Assembly: GCA_963848295.1 (NCBI GenBank)
Contig: CAWKDB010000002.1
Span: 384,001 to 448,000, forward strand
Length of the DNA: 64,000 bases
DNA from: an uncultured delta proteobacterium
GTDB lineage: Bacteria > Myxococcota_A > Polyangia > Haliangiales > Haliangiaceae
Reading direction: 5' to 3'
The notes below the pieces were generated by a model, which did no database searches, was not told the origin of the DNA, and saw nothing but the letters and a program-made list of their open reading frames with translations. The first letter of the stretch is position 1; every line of letters begins with the position of its first letter. Below are positions 45,201 through 53,388 of the stretch, one piece after another. Made by a program: the position numbers and the translations under genes.

Positions 45201-46112
45201 GAACGGGGAGATAGCCGTTGGATGATTGTGAGTCTCGACCTTGCCGAGGATGTGCGATGGCTCGACGTGCGCGCGATAGATACCGTGCGCGTCGGGGAAC
45301 AAGCGCGCCGCCGCATGCCCTTCGATCACGGCAGCGTTGTCTTTGTAGGCGGACAGCACCCCATCGGGCGCGGCTTCGGCGGTGCGCTTGATCCACTGGA
45401 ACAACGATCGGTCTTGCTTCGCCTTATCGACATACCAATCGGCGTTGAACACCTTGTGACGGCAGTGCTCGCTGTTCGCCTGGGCGAACATCATCAGCTC
45501 GACGTCGGTCGGGTCGCGCCGCAGCTCGAGGTAGCGGGCCGCGAGATACGCGATCTCGTCGTCGGCGAGCGCGAGCCCGAGCCGCGCGCTGGCGGCGCGT
45601 AACGCAGCGCTCGGATCGCCGCCGAGCTTGACGTGCGCGAGCGGGCGCGGCTCGCCCGCCGCCGCGACCACGCGCTCGAGCTCGGCTTCGCGCACGATCA
45701 CGCTCTCGGTCATCCGATCCGCGAGCGCCGCGCCGATCGCGGCCGAATCGCCGATCCCGGTGAACGTCCACTCGGTCGCGCGCTCGATCCGCGCGATCGC
45801 CGCGAGCCCGCAGACGTGCGCGATGTCGGTCGCCTTCGATGACCACGGCGACGTCGTGCCGATCCGTGGCGCGACCCAGAACGCCATCCCGGTACGCAGT
45901 CCGAGTCGGGAGCCCGGATCCTCGCTCGGGCCGTACGTCAAGAGCTCGGCGAGTCGGCTCGCTTCGCCGCTATCGAGCGGACGGTCGGCGACGACCAGGT
46001 GGATCCAGCGCGCGTCGATCGCCGAGACCGCCGGCGCCACCCGCTTCGCGGTGACGAGCGCGACGGCGCGGCGAGCTGCGGACAGGGCGGCGCGGCCGGG
46101 GACAACGAGCAC
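42258..46112 (-). CDS. purL: Phosphoribosylformylglycinamidine synthase, large single-chain PurL
   Basis: MFAQANSEHCRHK, KVETHNHPT, HDVGAGG, fused GATase GVCNGCQ and MPHPER; GTG start at 46112. Confidence 0.97.
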   Translation of the reverse strand: MLVVPGRAALSAARRAVALVTAKRVAPAVSAIDARWIHLVVADRPLDSGEASRLAELLTYGPSEDPGSRLGLRTGMAFWVAPRIGTTSPWSSKATDIAHVCGLAAIARIERATEWTFTGIGDSAAIGAALADRMTESVIVREAELERVVAAAGEPRPLAHVKLGGDPSAALRAASARLGLALADDEIAYLAARYLELRRDPTDVELMMFAQANSEHCRHKVFNADWYVDKAKQDRSLFQWIKRTAEAAPDGVLSAYKDNAAVIEGHAAARLFPDAHGIYRAHVEPSHILGKVETHNHPTAISPFAGAATGSGGELRDEGATGRGGKPKAGLVGFSVSNLRLPGALERWEHGDWIGKPDRIASALDIMIEAPLGAAAYNNEFGRPAILGYFRAFEHAERAGFVRGYHKPVMLAGGIGAIRAGDIAKAPIPAGAALVVLGGPAFLIGLGGGAASSVAQGAQAEELDFASVQRDNAEIERRCQEVIDRCWGQGEHNPILSIHDVGAGGLSNALPEIVHDAGLGALVDLRAIPTGEPDLSPLELWCNEAQERYMLAIAPDRLEDFAALCARERAPWARLGTATNDGQLRVAGRGEPAVDVPLDLIFGNPPKQTRTWAAARPAREALELGGETIAQALDGVLGLPTVADKTFLIAIGDRTVGGLVARDPMVGPFQVPVADCALTLADYVGYAGEVMAIGERSPVALLDAAAASRLAIGEAITNLAAAPIGPLGRVKLSCNWMAAVGTAGEDARLYDAVRAASDFAVALGLAIPVGKDSTSMATRWNGNVVASPVTLVVTAFGPCNDVRLAVTPEPRGGELLLIELSNQHRLGGSCLAQVYGRLGDAPPDVDQPRQLHRFYGAIQQLVADRAITAYHDRSDGGAIVTALEIAFAGRCGLDLDVTAVDADPFRALFAEELGAIVEVAPDRAAHVRAVLSAAGLVVHAIGQTTRDGHVRVVHAGSPVIAAPLSALRARWSYVTHQIARRRDDAACADAEAATRVDPDHAGLGAHVTFDPSEDIAAPHIATGARPRVAIVREQGVNGQTEMAAAFTRAGFDAVDVHMTDLIEGRADLRDCAGLIACGGFSFGDVLGAGRGWASTFRYNERASDAMRALVDRGNTFVLGVCNGCQMIAELAPELVPATRASWPRFVKNRSERFEARLVLLKIEESPSVLLRGMAGSWLPVANAHGEGRAELDADHLAALEAQHLVAARFCDGRGVVTEQYPANPNGSPRGIAAVTSPDGRITAIMPHPERVFRTVQLSWHPREWGEDSPWMRMFRNARTWLATV

Positions 46113-46113
46113 G

Positions 46114-47100
46114 TCAGGTTCCCTGCAGCGCCGCGGCGATCCTCGCGACCGGCGGGCGCGCATCGGGCTCGAACGCCTTGCCGGTGACCAGCTCGTAGCT
46201 CGTGATGTAGCGCCGCGCCGCTTCGACCCGAACGTCATCGGGCATCACCGGCGGAGGGCCGTCGCCGGTCCACTTGGCTTCGCCGGCGAGCCAGCGCCGC
46301 ACGTACTCCTTGTCGAGGCTGCGCGGTTCTTCGCCGCGGGCGAGCCGCGCTTCGTAGTCGTCCGCGTACCAGTAGCGCGAGGAATCGGGCGTGTGGATCT
46401 CGTCGATCACGGTGAGCGTGCCATCGGGCGCCAAGCCCATCTCGTACTTGGTGTCCGCGAGGATCAGGCCCTGGTGCGCCGCGTGCGCCTGCCCTGCCGC
46501 GAACAGCTTCGCCGCGAGCGCGGCCGCGCGCTCGAACAGCGCCGGCTCGATCCGGCCCATCGCGAGCAGCTCGTCCTTCGACACCGACACATCGTGATCG
46601 CCCTTGGCCGCCTTGGTCGACGGCGTCAGGATCGCGTGCGGCAGCGCCTGGTTCTTGCGCATCCCCTCGGGCAACGCGTGGCCGCAGAACGTCCGCGCAC
46701 CCGCCTCGTACGCTTTCCAGATCGAGGTCGACGTCACGCCGGTCAGGTACGCGCGCATCACGAGCTCGACCGGCAGCGGCTTGCACTCGCGCGCGATCAT
46801 CACGTTCGGATCGGGCGCTCGCACCATGTGGTTCGGCGCGATCGCGATCGTGTGCTCGAACCAGAACTGCGCGAGCTGGTTGAGCACCTGACCCTTGAAC
46901 GGGATCGTGCCGACGACGGCATCGAACGCGCTCAACCGATCGGTCACGACGATCACTCGCTCGCCGCGCTCTTTGTCGATGAAGCAATCGCGAACCTTGC
47001 CGTCGTAGCGCGGCAGCGTGCGACCGGCGAGCGCGGTGAACGGCACGCGATCGAGCGTCTGGCGGAGCTGAGCGCGCAGCTGTGAATCGGGGTTGCTCAT
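46114..47100 (-). CDS. purC: SAICAR synthetase
   Basis: [45 protein letters not shown]; own ATG at 47100. Confidence 0.95.
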   Translation of the reverse strand: MSNPDSQLRAQLRQTLDRVPFTALAGRTLPRYDGKVRDCFIDKERGERVIVVTDRLSAFDAVVGTIPFKGQVLNQLAQFWFEHTIAIAPNHMVRAPDPNVMIARECKPLPVELVMRAYLTGVTSTSIWKAYEAGARTFCGHALPEGMRKNQALPHAILTPSTKAAKGDHDVSVSKDELLAMGRIEPALFERAAALAAKLFAAGQAHAAHQGLILADTKYEMGLAPDGTLTVIDEIHTPDSSRYWYADDYEARLARGEEPRSLDKEYVRRWLAGEAKWTGDGPPPVMPDDVRVEAARRYITSYELVTGKAFEPDARPPVARIAAALQGT

Positions 47101-48432
47101 GAGGCTCCTAGCGCACGCCGCATGATCTCCGGCGCGTACCGCAGGTGATGTTGGAGATCGAAGCATGCATCGAGCTGCGCCGGCGTCATACGTTGCGCGA
47201 TCTCGGCGTCGGCCCCGAGCAGCTCGCGGAAGCGGCCCGGCCGCGCTCCGGTCTCGCCGACCGCGGCGGCCTCGTTGATCGCGGCGAGCGCGTTGCGTTG
47301 CACCATCACGTACGCGTCTTGGCGGGCCAGCCCGGTCTGCACGAGCGCCAGGAGCACCGCCTCGGAGAAGTACAATCCGCCGGTGCGATCGAGATTCGAT
47401 CCGCATCCGCTCTTTGTGCACGACGAGCCCGCCGACCAACGTCGTCGCGCGCGCGAGCATGAAGTCGGCGAGGATCGTCGCGTCGGGCATCGCGACGCGC
47501 TCGACGCTGGAGTGCGAGATGTCGCGTTCATGCCACAGCGCCACATCTTCGAGCCCGGCGCCCGCGTAGGACCGCAGCAAGCGGGCCAGGCCGGTCAGGT
47601 TCTCGCTCAGGATCGGATTCTTCTTGTGCGGCATCGCGGACGAGCCCTTCTGGCCTTTGCCGAACCCCTCTTCGGCTTCGCCGACCTCGGTGCGCTGCCA
47701 ATGGCGAACGCCGAGCGCGATCTGCTCGATCGCGGTGCCGAGCAAGGCCAGCGCGCACAGCACCTCGGCGTGACGATCGCGCGCGACGATCTGGGTCGCG
47801 ACCGTCTCCGCGCGCAACCCGAGCACGCCGAGCGCCTTCGCCTCGATCGCCGGCTCGAGGTTGCCGTAGATGCCGACCGCACCCGCGAGCTTGCCGACCG
47901 CGATCGCGTGCCTCGCGCGGTGCAACCGCTCTCGGCTGCGCGCGACCTCGGCGTGCCAGCGCGCGAACACCAAGCCGGCAGTGATCGGCTCGGCGTGGAT
48001 GCCGTGCGAGCGCCCGATCATCGGCGTGCGAGCGTGCTCTTGCGCGCGGTGCGCGAGCGCCGCGAGCAGTGACGCACAGCCTTTGTCGATCGCCTCGAGG
48101 GCGCGCACGGTCTGGATCGCGAGCGTCGTATCGAGCACGTCGGACGAGGTCATGCCGAGATGGAGCCAGCGCGCGGGCTCGCCGGCGAGCTCCTCGACGT
48201 GAGTGAGGAACGCGATCACGTCGTGGCGCGTCGTCGCTTCGATCGCGCTGATCCGGTCGGGATCGAGCTGGCCCTCCGCCGCGGTGCGCACCGTCGCCGC
48301 CGTGCCGGCCGGCACCCGGCCCATGCTCTCCATCGCCTCGCAGGCCGCGAGCTCGACCTCGAGCCAGAGCTCGACGCGGTGCTTGTCATCCCACAAGGCG
48401 GCGAGCTCGGGTCGAGAGTACCGTCCGATCAC
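47097..48432 (-). CDS. purB: Adenylosuccinate lyase with a 1-nt frameshift near 47400 (pseudogene or sequence error)
   Basis: MIGRYSRPE...HLGMTSSD...[11 protein letters not shown]; the natural C-terminus [18 protein letters not shown]...[12 protein letters not shown] lies in another frame ending at 47097. Confidence 0.92.
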
Positions 48433-48454
48433 GACGGGACCCTTGTACCACGCG

Positions 48455-48850
48455 TTACCGCGCGATGAACCAGATCGCGAGAGCGACCAGCGCCGCGATG
48501 ATCACCGCGACGCAACCCCAGATGATGTTGTCGTGCGTTCGGCGGGCACGGGCTTGCACCGGATCGCGTGGCGCGGCGAGAAATCCCAGATTCGCCGGCT
48601 TCGGCGGCTCGGTCGCGGGCCGCAGCGTCACTTTCGGGGCGGGACGCTCGAGCGCTTGCTTCGCCGGCTGATCGGCGGCGTGCGGCGTCTTCATCGACAT
48701 CACGCGGATCTGTGCGCTGCTCGTCAGGCCCGGGATGGCATCGGCGCGGCGCACCGCGGTCGGTGGCTCGAGATCGACATCGGTGTCGCGCACCGGCGGC
48801 CGCGCCGGAGGGATCGGCGGCGGCTTCGTCGTCGAACGCTTCGCGCTCAT
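48455..48850 (-). CDS. Hypothetical protein with C-terminal TM anchor
   Basis: Pro-rich disordered body, C-terminal hydrophobic helix; sits in the operon between dut and purB. Confidence 0.65.
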   Translation of the reverse strand: MSAKRSTTKPPPIPPARPPVRDTDVDLEPPTAVRRADAIPGLTSSAQIRVMSMKTPHAADQPAKQALERPAPKVTLRPATEPPKPANLGFLAAPRDPVQARARRTHDNIIWGCVAVIIAALVALAIWFIAR

Positions 48851-48853
48851 CGC

Positions 48854-49294
48854 CTAGCGGCCCGTCGATCCGAAGCCACCCGCACCGCGGCCCGACGGTG
48901 GCAACTCGTCGACGACGACGAATTCGGCGCGCACGACCGGCGCGACCACGAGCTGCGCGATCCGTTGGTTCGGCTCGATCGTGACCGAGGTCGGCCCGAG
49001 GTTGATGAGCAGCACCACGATCTCGCCACGAAAATCGGCGTCGACGGTTCCAGGCGCGTTGACGACGGTGATGCCATGGTCACGGGCGAGCCCGGAGCGC
49101 GGCCGAACTTGGGCTTCGTAGTCCGCGGGCAACGCGATCGCGAGCCCGGTGGGAATCGCCACACGCTCGTGCCGCGCGACCTCGAACGGAGCGTCGATCG
49201 CGGCGCACAGATCGACGCCGGCGGCGTGGTCCGTCATGTAGCGCGGCACGACGGCGTCGGGTCGCACCTTGCGAACTTGCACCCGGACGCTCAT
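48854..49294 (-). CDS. dut: dUTP diphosphatase
   Basis: [43 protein letters not shown]. Confidence 0.97.
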   Translation of the reverse strand: MSVRVQVRKVRPDAVVPRYMTDHAAGVDLCAAIDAPFEVARHERVAIPTGLAIALPADYEAQVRPRSGLARDHGITVVNAPGTVDADFRGEIVVLLINLGPTSVTIEPNQRIAQLVVAPVVRAEFVVVDELPPSGRGAGGFGSTGR

Positions 49295-49323
49295 CGCGCG
49301 CCATCGTAGCGCAGATCGGCCCG

Positions 49324-51339
49324 CTATTCGGCGGCGAGGCCGGCGAAGCACGCGATCGCGTCGGGACTCTCCCAGTCTCGGCTATTCGCGAAGTAGTAGC
49401 GGACGATGCCTTTGCGATCGATGACGTAGCTCTCGGGCAGCAGGTTGGTGCCCCACGTCGTGGTGATCGGCCCGATGTTCGATTCGCCAATAGGTGGATC
49501 GAGCACGATCGGATACGGCATGGACCTGCCGAGCTCCTTGCGCACGACCTTCGCGTCACTGTCGGAGAACACCGTGACCGGGACGAGCCCCGGGACCGCG
49601 CTCGCGAGCGCCGCGAGCTGATCGCGATGCGCCTCGGCCGGCCTGCACCAGCTCGCGTCGAACGTGACGATCGCGAGCGCGCCGCGCACGAACGCGAGCC
49701 GAAACCCGGAGCCGTCGAGTTGCCGCGCGATCAGCTCGGGTGCGCGCTTGCCGAGCAGCGGCGACGTCGGATCGGGGTGCAGCCGCGCGCACGCGCTCGC
49801 GCGTGGGGACAACCGAGGCATCTCGACCGTGAACACCATCTCGTGCTTCGGCAAGATCGTGATGTCGGACGCCACGAGCCACAGCCCGCCTTGGCTCGGC
49901 ACGGTGCGGACCGGGATGCTGGTCGACGTCTCGAGCTTCACGCCGGCCAGCTGTTGCAGCTCGATTCCGCTCTGGTACGAGCCGAACGGCAGGTCGAGCG
50001 AGAACGCCGCCTGTCCGCCGACCGCCGGCAACTCGAAGAGCACCGCGATCGTCGCGCCACCGGGTGGCACCGGTCGCGCGAGGTGCAGGCCGCTCGGGGT
50101 CGCGACCACGCCGAGCCCGCTGTCGTTGCCGACCTCCGCCTTCGCAAACCCCTTCGGCAACGGGAGGTCATCGTCGATGCGTTTCGGCGCCCACGCGTTA
50201 TTCGCGAGCTTGATCAGCATCTGGACGTCGAGCACCGGATCGATCGGATCGAGCTTCAACGAATAGGTCGCGAGCGTGCGCGGGTAGACGTAGAGCGAGA
50301 CCTTCGTGCCGGTCGAGTCGAGCGCGAGAAAGGGCAGCGAGCGATAGCGCGTCGCATGGAGCGTCGCCTGCGCGTACATGACCTCGCCACGGCTCGGCGT
50401 CACGCGGAGCTCGACCTGCTGGGCTTTCGCCGCGCGCGTCGCGTGAGCCACGACTTTGCCGGTCGCGGCATCGACGAGCTCGATCTCCGCGACCTCCTCG
50501 CCCGGCACGCCTTCGAGCTTGACGCGAACGCGGCCGGCCGGGACTCGCTCTTGCTTCTCGAGCTTGTCGAGGTCGTCGACCGCAGGGGTCCTCGCGTCGC
50601 GACGGTCGGCCGATAGGATCAACCGTTGCCCCGCCTTTGCGTCGAACGTCGTCGGGCGCGCGACGAGCCGATCGATCTTGCCGTTGCGCGGCAACATCGC
50701 CAACGCGATGTACGCGGTCGCGCCGGTAACGTCGAGCTGGGTGAAGGTCGCAACGCCGAGCGCGTCGGTCATCGCGCTCGACGCGGTGATCGAGTCGTCG
50801 GCGCTGTAACCGACGAGCGAGACCGCGACGCCCGCGGGCGGCTTCACGTCTGCGAGGTCGTCGTAGGTGAGGTGGACCGCGAGCGTGCCCGGGGCGGTCG
50901 CGTCGTCGACCGTGGCGCCGGTGTCCAGGCCTCGCGGGTGCATGGCCAAAACGGCGGAGCCTCGCGGCGGCACACCTAGATCCTCTCGCCACGGAGCGGC
51001 CGTCAACATGACGCGCACGCCGCCGGACGGCGGTACGACGAAGTCGTCGGACGCCTCGGCCTTGCCCGATCGCGCGATCACGTGAGCGCCCGATCGCACA
51101 TGATCGAACGTCGCCCGCCCGGTCTTGTCGGTGACCGCGAACCGCTCGACACCGTCGACCGCGAGCTTCGCGGTCACGCCGATCACCGGGCTCGCGATGT
51201 CGCCGTCGAGCACGCGCACGACGACCGTGCCGTCCGGCAGGTCCGTCGTCAGCAACGGCTTGCCAAGCGCCGACGCGGGTTGTGCCGCCGCGCCCGCGGC
51301 CAGTGAAACGACGACGGCGACGACGATCGCGTTACGCAT
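49324..51339 (-). CDS. Secreted multidomain protein with beta-sandwich domains and C-terminal TlpA/redoxin-like domain (WCRPA)
   Basis: Signal peptide; TDKTGRATF and TDALGVATF repeats; GKRAPEL...VTFDASWCRPA...LPESYVIDRKGIVR. Confidence 0.75.
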   Translation of the reverse strand: MRNAIVVAVVVSLAAGAAAQPASALGKPLLTTDLPDGTVVVRVLDGDIASPVIGVTAKLAVDGVERFAVTDKTGRATFDHVRSGAHVIARSGKAEASDDFVVPPSGGVRVMLTAAPWREDLGVPPRGSAVLAMHPRGLDTGATVDDATAPGTLAVHLTYDDLADVKPPAGVAVSLVGYSADDSITASSAMTDALGVATFTQLDVTGATAYIALAMLPRNGKIDRLVARPTTFDAKAGQRLILSADRRDARTPAVDDLDKLEKQERVPAGRVRVKLEGVPGEEVAEIELVDAATGKVVAHATRAAKAQQVELRVTPSRGEVMYAQATLHATRYRSLPFLALDSTGTKVSLYVYPRTLATYSLKLDPIDPVLDVQMLIKLANNAWAPKRIDDDLPLPKGFAKAEVGNDSGLGVVATPSGLHLARPVPPGGATIAVLFELPAVGGQAAFSLDLPFGSYQSGIELQQLAGVKLETSTSIPVRTVPSQGGLWLVASDITILPKHEMVFTVEMPRLSPRASACARLHPDPTSPLLGKRAPELIARQLDGSGFRLAFVRGALAIVTFDASWCRPAEAHRDQLAALASAVPGLVPVTVFSDSDAKVVRKELGRSMPYPIVLDPPIGESNIGPITTTWGTNLLPESYVIDRKGIVRYYFANSRDWESPDAIACFAGLAAE

Positions 51340-51374
51340 CGCGCGAGCTGTAGCAGATTTCTCGCGCCGTGCGG

Positions 51375-52391
51375 TCAATGCTTCGACTGGGTGTCCGCTT
51401 CAGTGATCCGCGCCTCGACGCGCGGGTCCAGGCGCAGCCCATCGCGCACGCTCGCCTCGAGCGACGGGAGATCGAGCGAGCCCGGCGGACCTCGCCAGCC
51501 GCTGCCGGATCGCTGCAGGCGCTCGTTGAGCGGCGTGTGAACGCCGCCCATTCGACCGATCAGCACGACCTCGCCGTTGAGATAGTCGGTCTCGAGCGCA
51601 CGGCCGCGCGCGACGCTCTGCCAGGTCGAGCCGCCGCTGCGCCGGTCGCCCGCGCTCGGCTGCGCGCGCAGGATCTCGCGCCGCCGTTCGTCGACGTCGT
51701 CGCCGACTCGGGATAGGCCTGCGACTTCCATCGCGACGATCGCCTCGATCCGTGCGTGTGCGACCAGCCGGCTCGCTCGCGCCTCGCGCCCGCACATCGC
51801 TTCGACGATGTTGCCGAGGTTCATCAGCAGCTTCTGGCGCTTCCACGCCATCACGTCCTCGGAGTGCGCGGAGGCATAGCCGGCCGATTCGAACGCCTCG
51901 ACGAGCCGCGGATCGAACGCGGTCGCGCCGTGCGGGAACCTGCCGACCTCGAGGATCCCGCGCACCGGCGCGGCGTACTGGCGTACGACGCCGGCCTCGA
52001 GGTACTCCGCCGGCGACATCACGCACACGCCGACGACCTCTTGGCAGTAGCGCGCGGCGATCCGCTCGGCCTCGAGCCCGTTCGTCAGACACGCGATCGC
52101 GATCGGTGGGGGCGCGCAGCGGTAGAGCTCCGCGAGCGCACCGGCGGCGTCTTGCGTCTTGACCGCGAGCAGCGCGAGATCGCCCACGCGCCACTCGACC
52201 GAGGCGATCGACGGGGCCACCGGCGCGCGGACGGCGACCTCGCCATCGGGCGCGACCAGCCTCAAGCCGTGCGCGCCGATCGCCGCGCCGTGCTCGCCGC
52301 GTGCGACGAACACGACGTCGTGCCCGGCGAGTGCGAGCCTGCCGCCGATCGATCCGCCGATCGCGCCAGCACCGATGACGACAAACCGCAT
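51375..52391 (-). CDS. panE: Ketopantoate reductase family protein
   Basis: VIGAGAIGG, LAVKTQD, LTNGL, KLLMNL, GSTWQS...ETDYLNGEV. Confidence 0.85.
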   Translation of the reverse strand: MRFVVIGAGAIGGSIGGRLALAGHDVVFVARGEHGAAIGAHGLRLVAPDGEVAVRAPVAPSIASVEWRVGDLALLAVKTQDAAGALAELYRCAPPPIAIACLTNGLEAERIAARYCQEVVGVCVMSPAEYLEAGVVRQYAAPVRGILEVGRFPHGATAFDPRLVEAFESAGYASAHSEDVMAWKRQKLLMNLGNIVEAMCGREARASRLVAHARIEAIVAMEVAGLSRVGDDVDERRREILRAQPSAGDRRSGGSTWQSVARGRALETDYLNGEVVLIGRMGGVHTPLNERLQRSGSGWRGPPGSLDLPSLEASVRDGLRLDPRVEARITEADTQSKH

Positions 52392-52760
52392 TGGTAGATC
52401 TAACCTTCTCCCGTCGTGGGACGGGTACGATTGAGACCCCCGTTCAAACCGTGCGTGCGGATTTCCCGCACACGGCTTACCGGTGGTCGTTCAGAGCGCG
52501 GCAATTGTGCATTACCGGGGTAGCGGACAGGTCCGAGCAGTTTATGGAGCCCGAGCTCGTGGAAGGCGTGGCGAGTCCATCGCTTCATTTCGCCAGCCCG
52601 CAAGTTCCGTCCTTTGCGTCGACGCATCAGCTTGCGTAGCCGCATCCAGACGTAGCTGTCGACCTGGTTGAATTTTATCGATGCGTTGCCGGTCGCGAAG
52701 TAGCCGCCCCAGCCGCGAATCACTGGATTGATCGTCGCGATCGTCTCGCGAAGATCGTCG
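52390..52760 (-). mobile_element. Group II intron 3' remnant: maturase C-terminus, domain V and domain VI
   Basis: DLRETIATINPVIRGWGGYF...VDSYVWMRL maturase; DV AAGCCGTGTGCGGGAAATCCGCACGCACGGTTT (52446-52478); DVI GGGGGTCT...AGATCT[A]CC then AAT. Confidence 0.9.
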
Positions 52761-52929
52761 CACGAACGTCGATCAGGCTCGCTTCTACACGCACGCGCGC
52801 GGCTCCGCGATGGAGGCCGCAGCGGCTTTGGACACGATGCGAATCATGAAGTTGGTCGGCGAGACGACCTACGCGCGCGGCATCGATCCACTTGAAGGCA
52901 TCGTGGCGATGCTCACCAAGATGACCTGA
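52756..52929 (+). pseudogene. Four-helix-bundle (23S rRNA IVP/bAvd-like) gene, C-terminal remnant
   Basis: RRTNVDQARFYTHARGSAMEAAAALD...GIVAMLTKMT*; no start, 5' half missing; absent from the ORF track. Confidence 0.75.
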
Positions 52930-52933
52930 TCGG

Positions 52934-52993
52934 GTCGACGTCAATGTCCAAGGTGACGTTGATGTTCATGTTCATGTCGAGGTCAAGGTCAAC
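52934..52993. repeat. Degenerate hexamer tandem repeat (GTCGAC/GTCAAT/GTTGAT/GTTCAT/GTCAAG)
   Basis: About 10 degenerate 6-nt units immediately after the four-helix-bundle stop codon. Confidence 0.7.
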
Positions 52994-53155
52994 GCACTTA
53001 TCTGAGCGGCATCGACCCTGGCGTCGCGAGCCGCTGCGCGATCGCGTCGAGCCGCGCGCGTTCTTCGGCCTTGAACGTCTTCGCGTCGCGCAGGTTTTCG
53101 AGCGGTTTGCGAAGCGCGACATGCAAGACTCCTTGAAGGGGATGCGCGCCGACAA

Positions 53156-53171
53156 AGCACGCCACGTGCCG
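53156..53171 (-). promoter_or_regulatory. Putative sigma54 promoter, followed by SD AAGGAG and ATG at 53122
   Basis: CGGCACG-TGGC-GTGCT (GG-N10-GC). Confidence 0.6.
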
Positions 53172-53388
53172 CGCCAAGCTCGCGTTTCACCTTGAACGGA
53201 TCGGCGAACGCATCGGTGGCATCGCGTTGCACCGATCGAGCGGTTGCACCGCCACGAGCACGACATGTTACATTTTTGCCGACGACGTGCGTCGTGTGCG
53301 CCGACCAGGCTCAGCGCGCTGACGAACATCGCAGGTGCGAGCTGCGGTCGCCGACCTCGTGGTCGGCGAAGTTCCGGCCGTAGCCCGA

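Noticed and set aside
52390..52993. Diversity-generating retroelement (RT next to an Avd-like gene)
   Set aside because: The RT-related fragment is a group II maturase tail with DV/DVI, the two genes are divergent remnants, and I see no TR/VR pair
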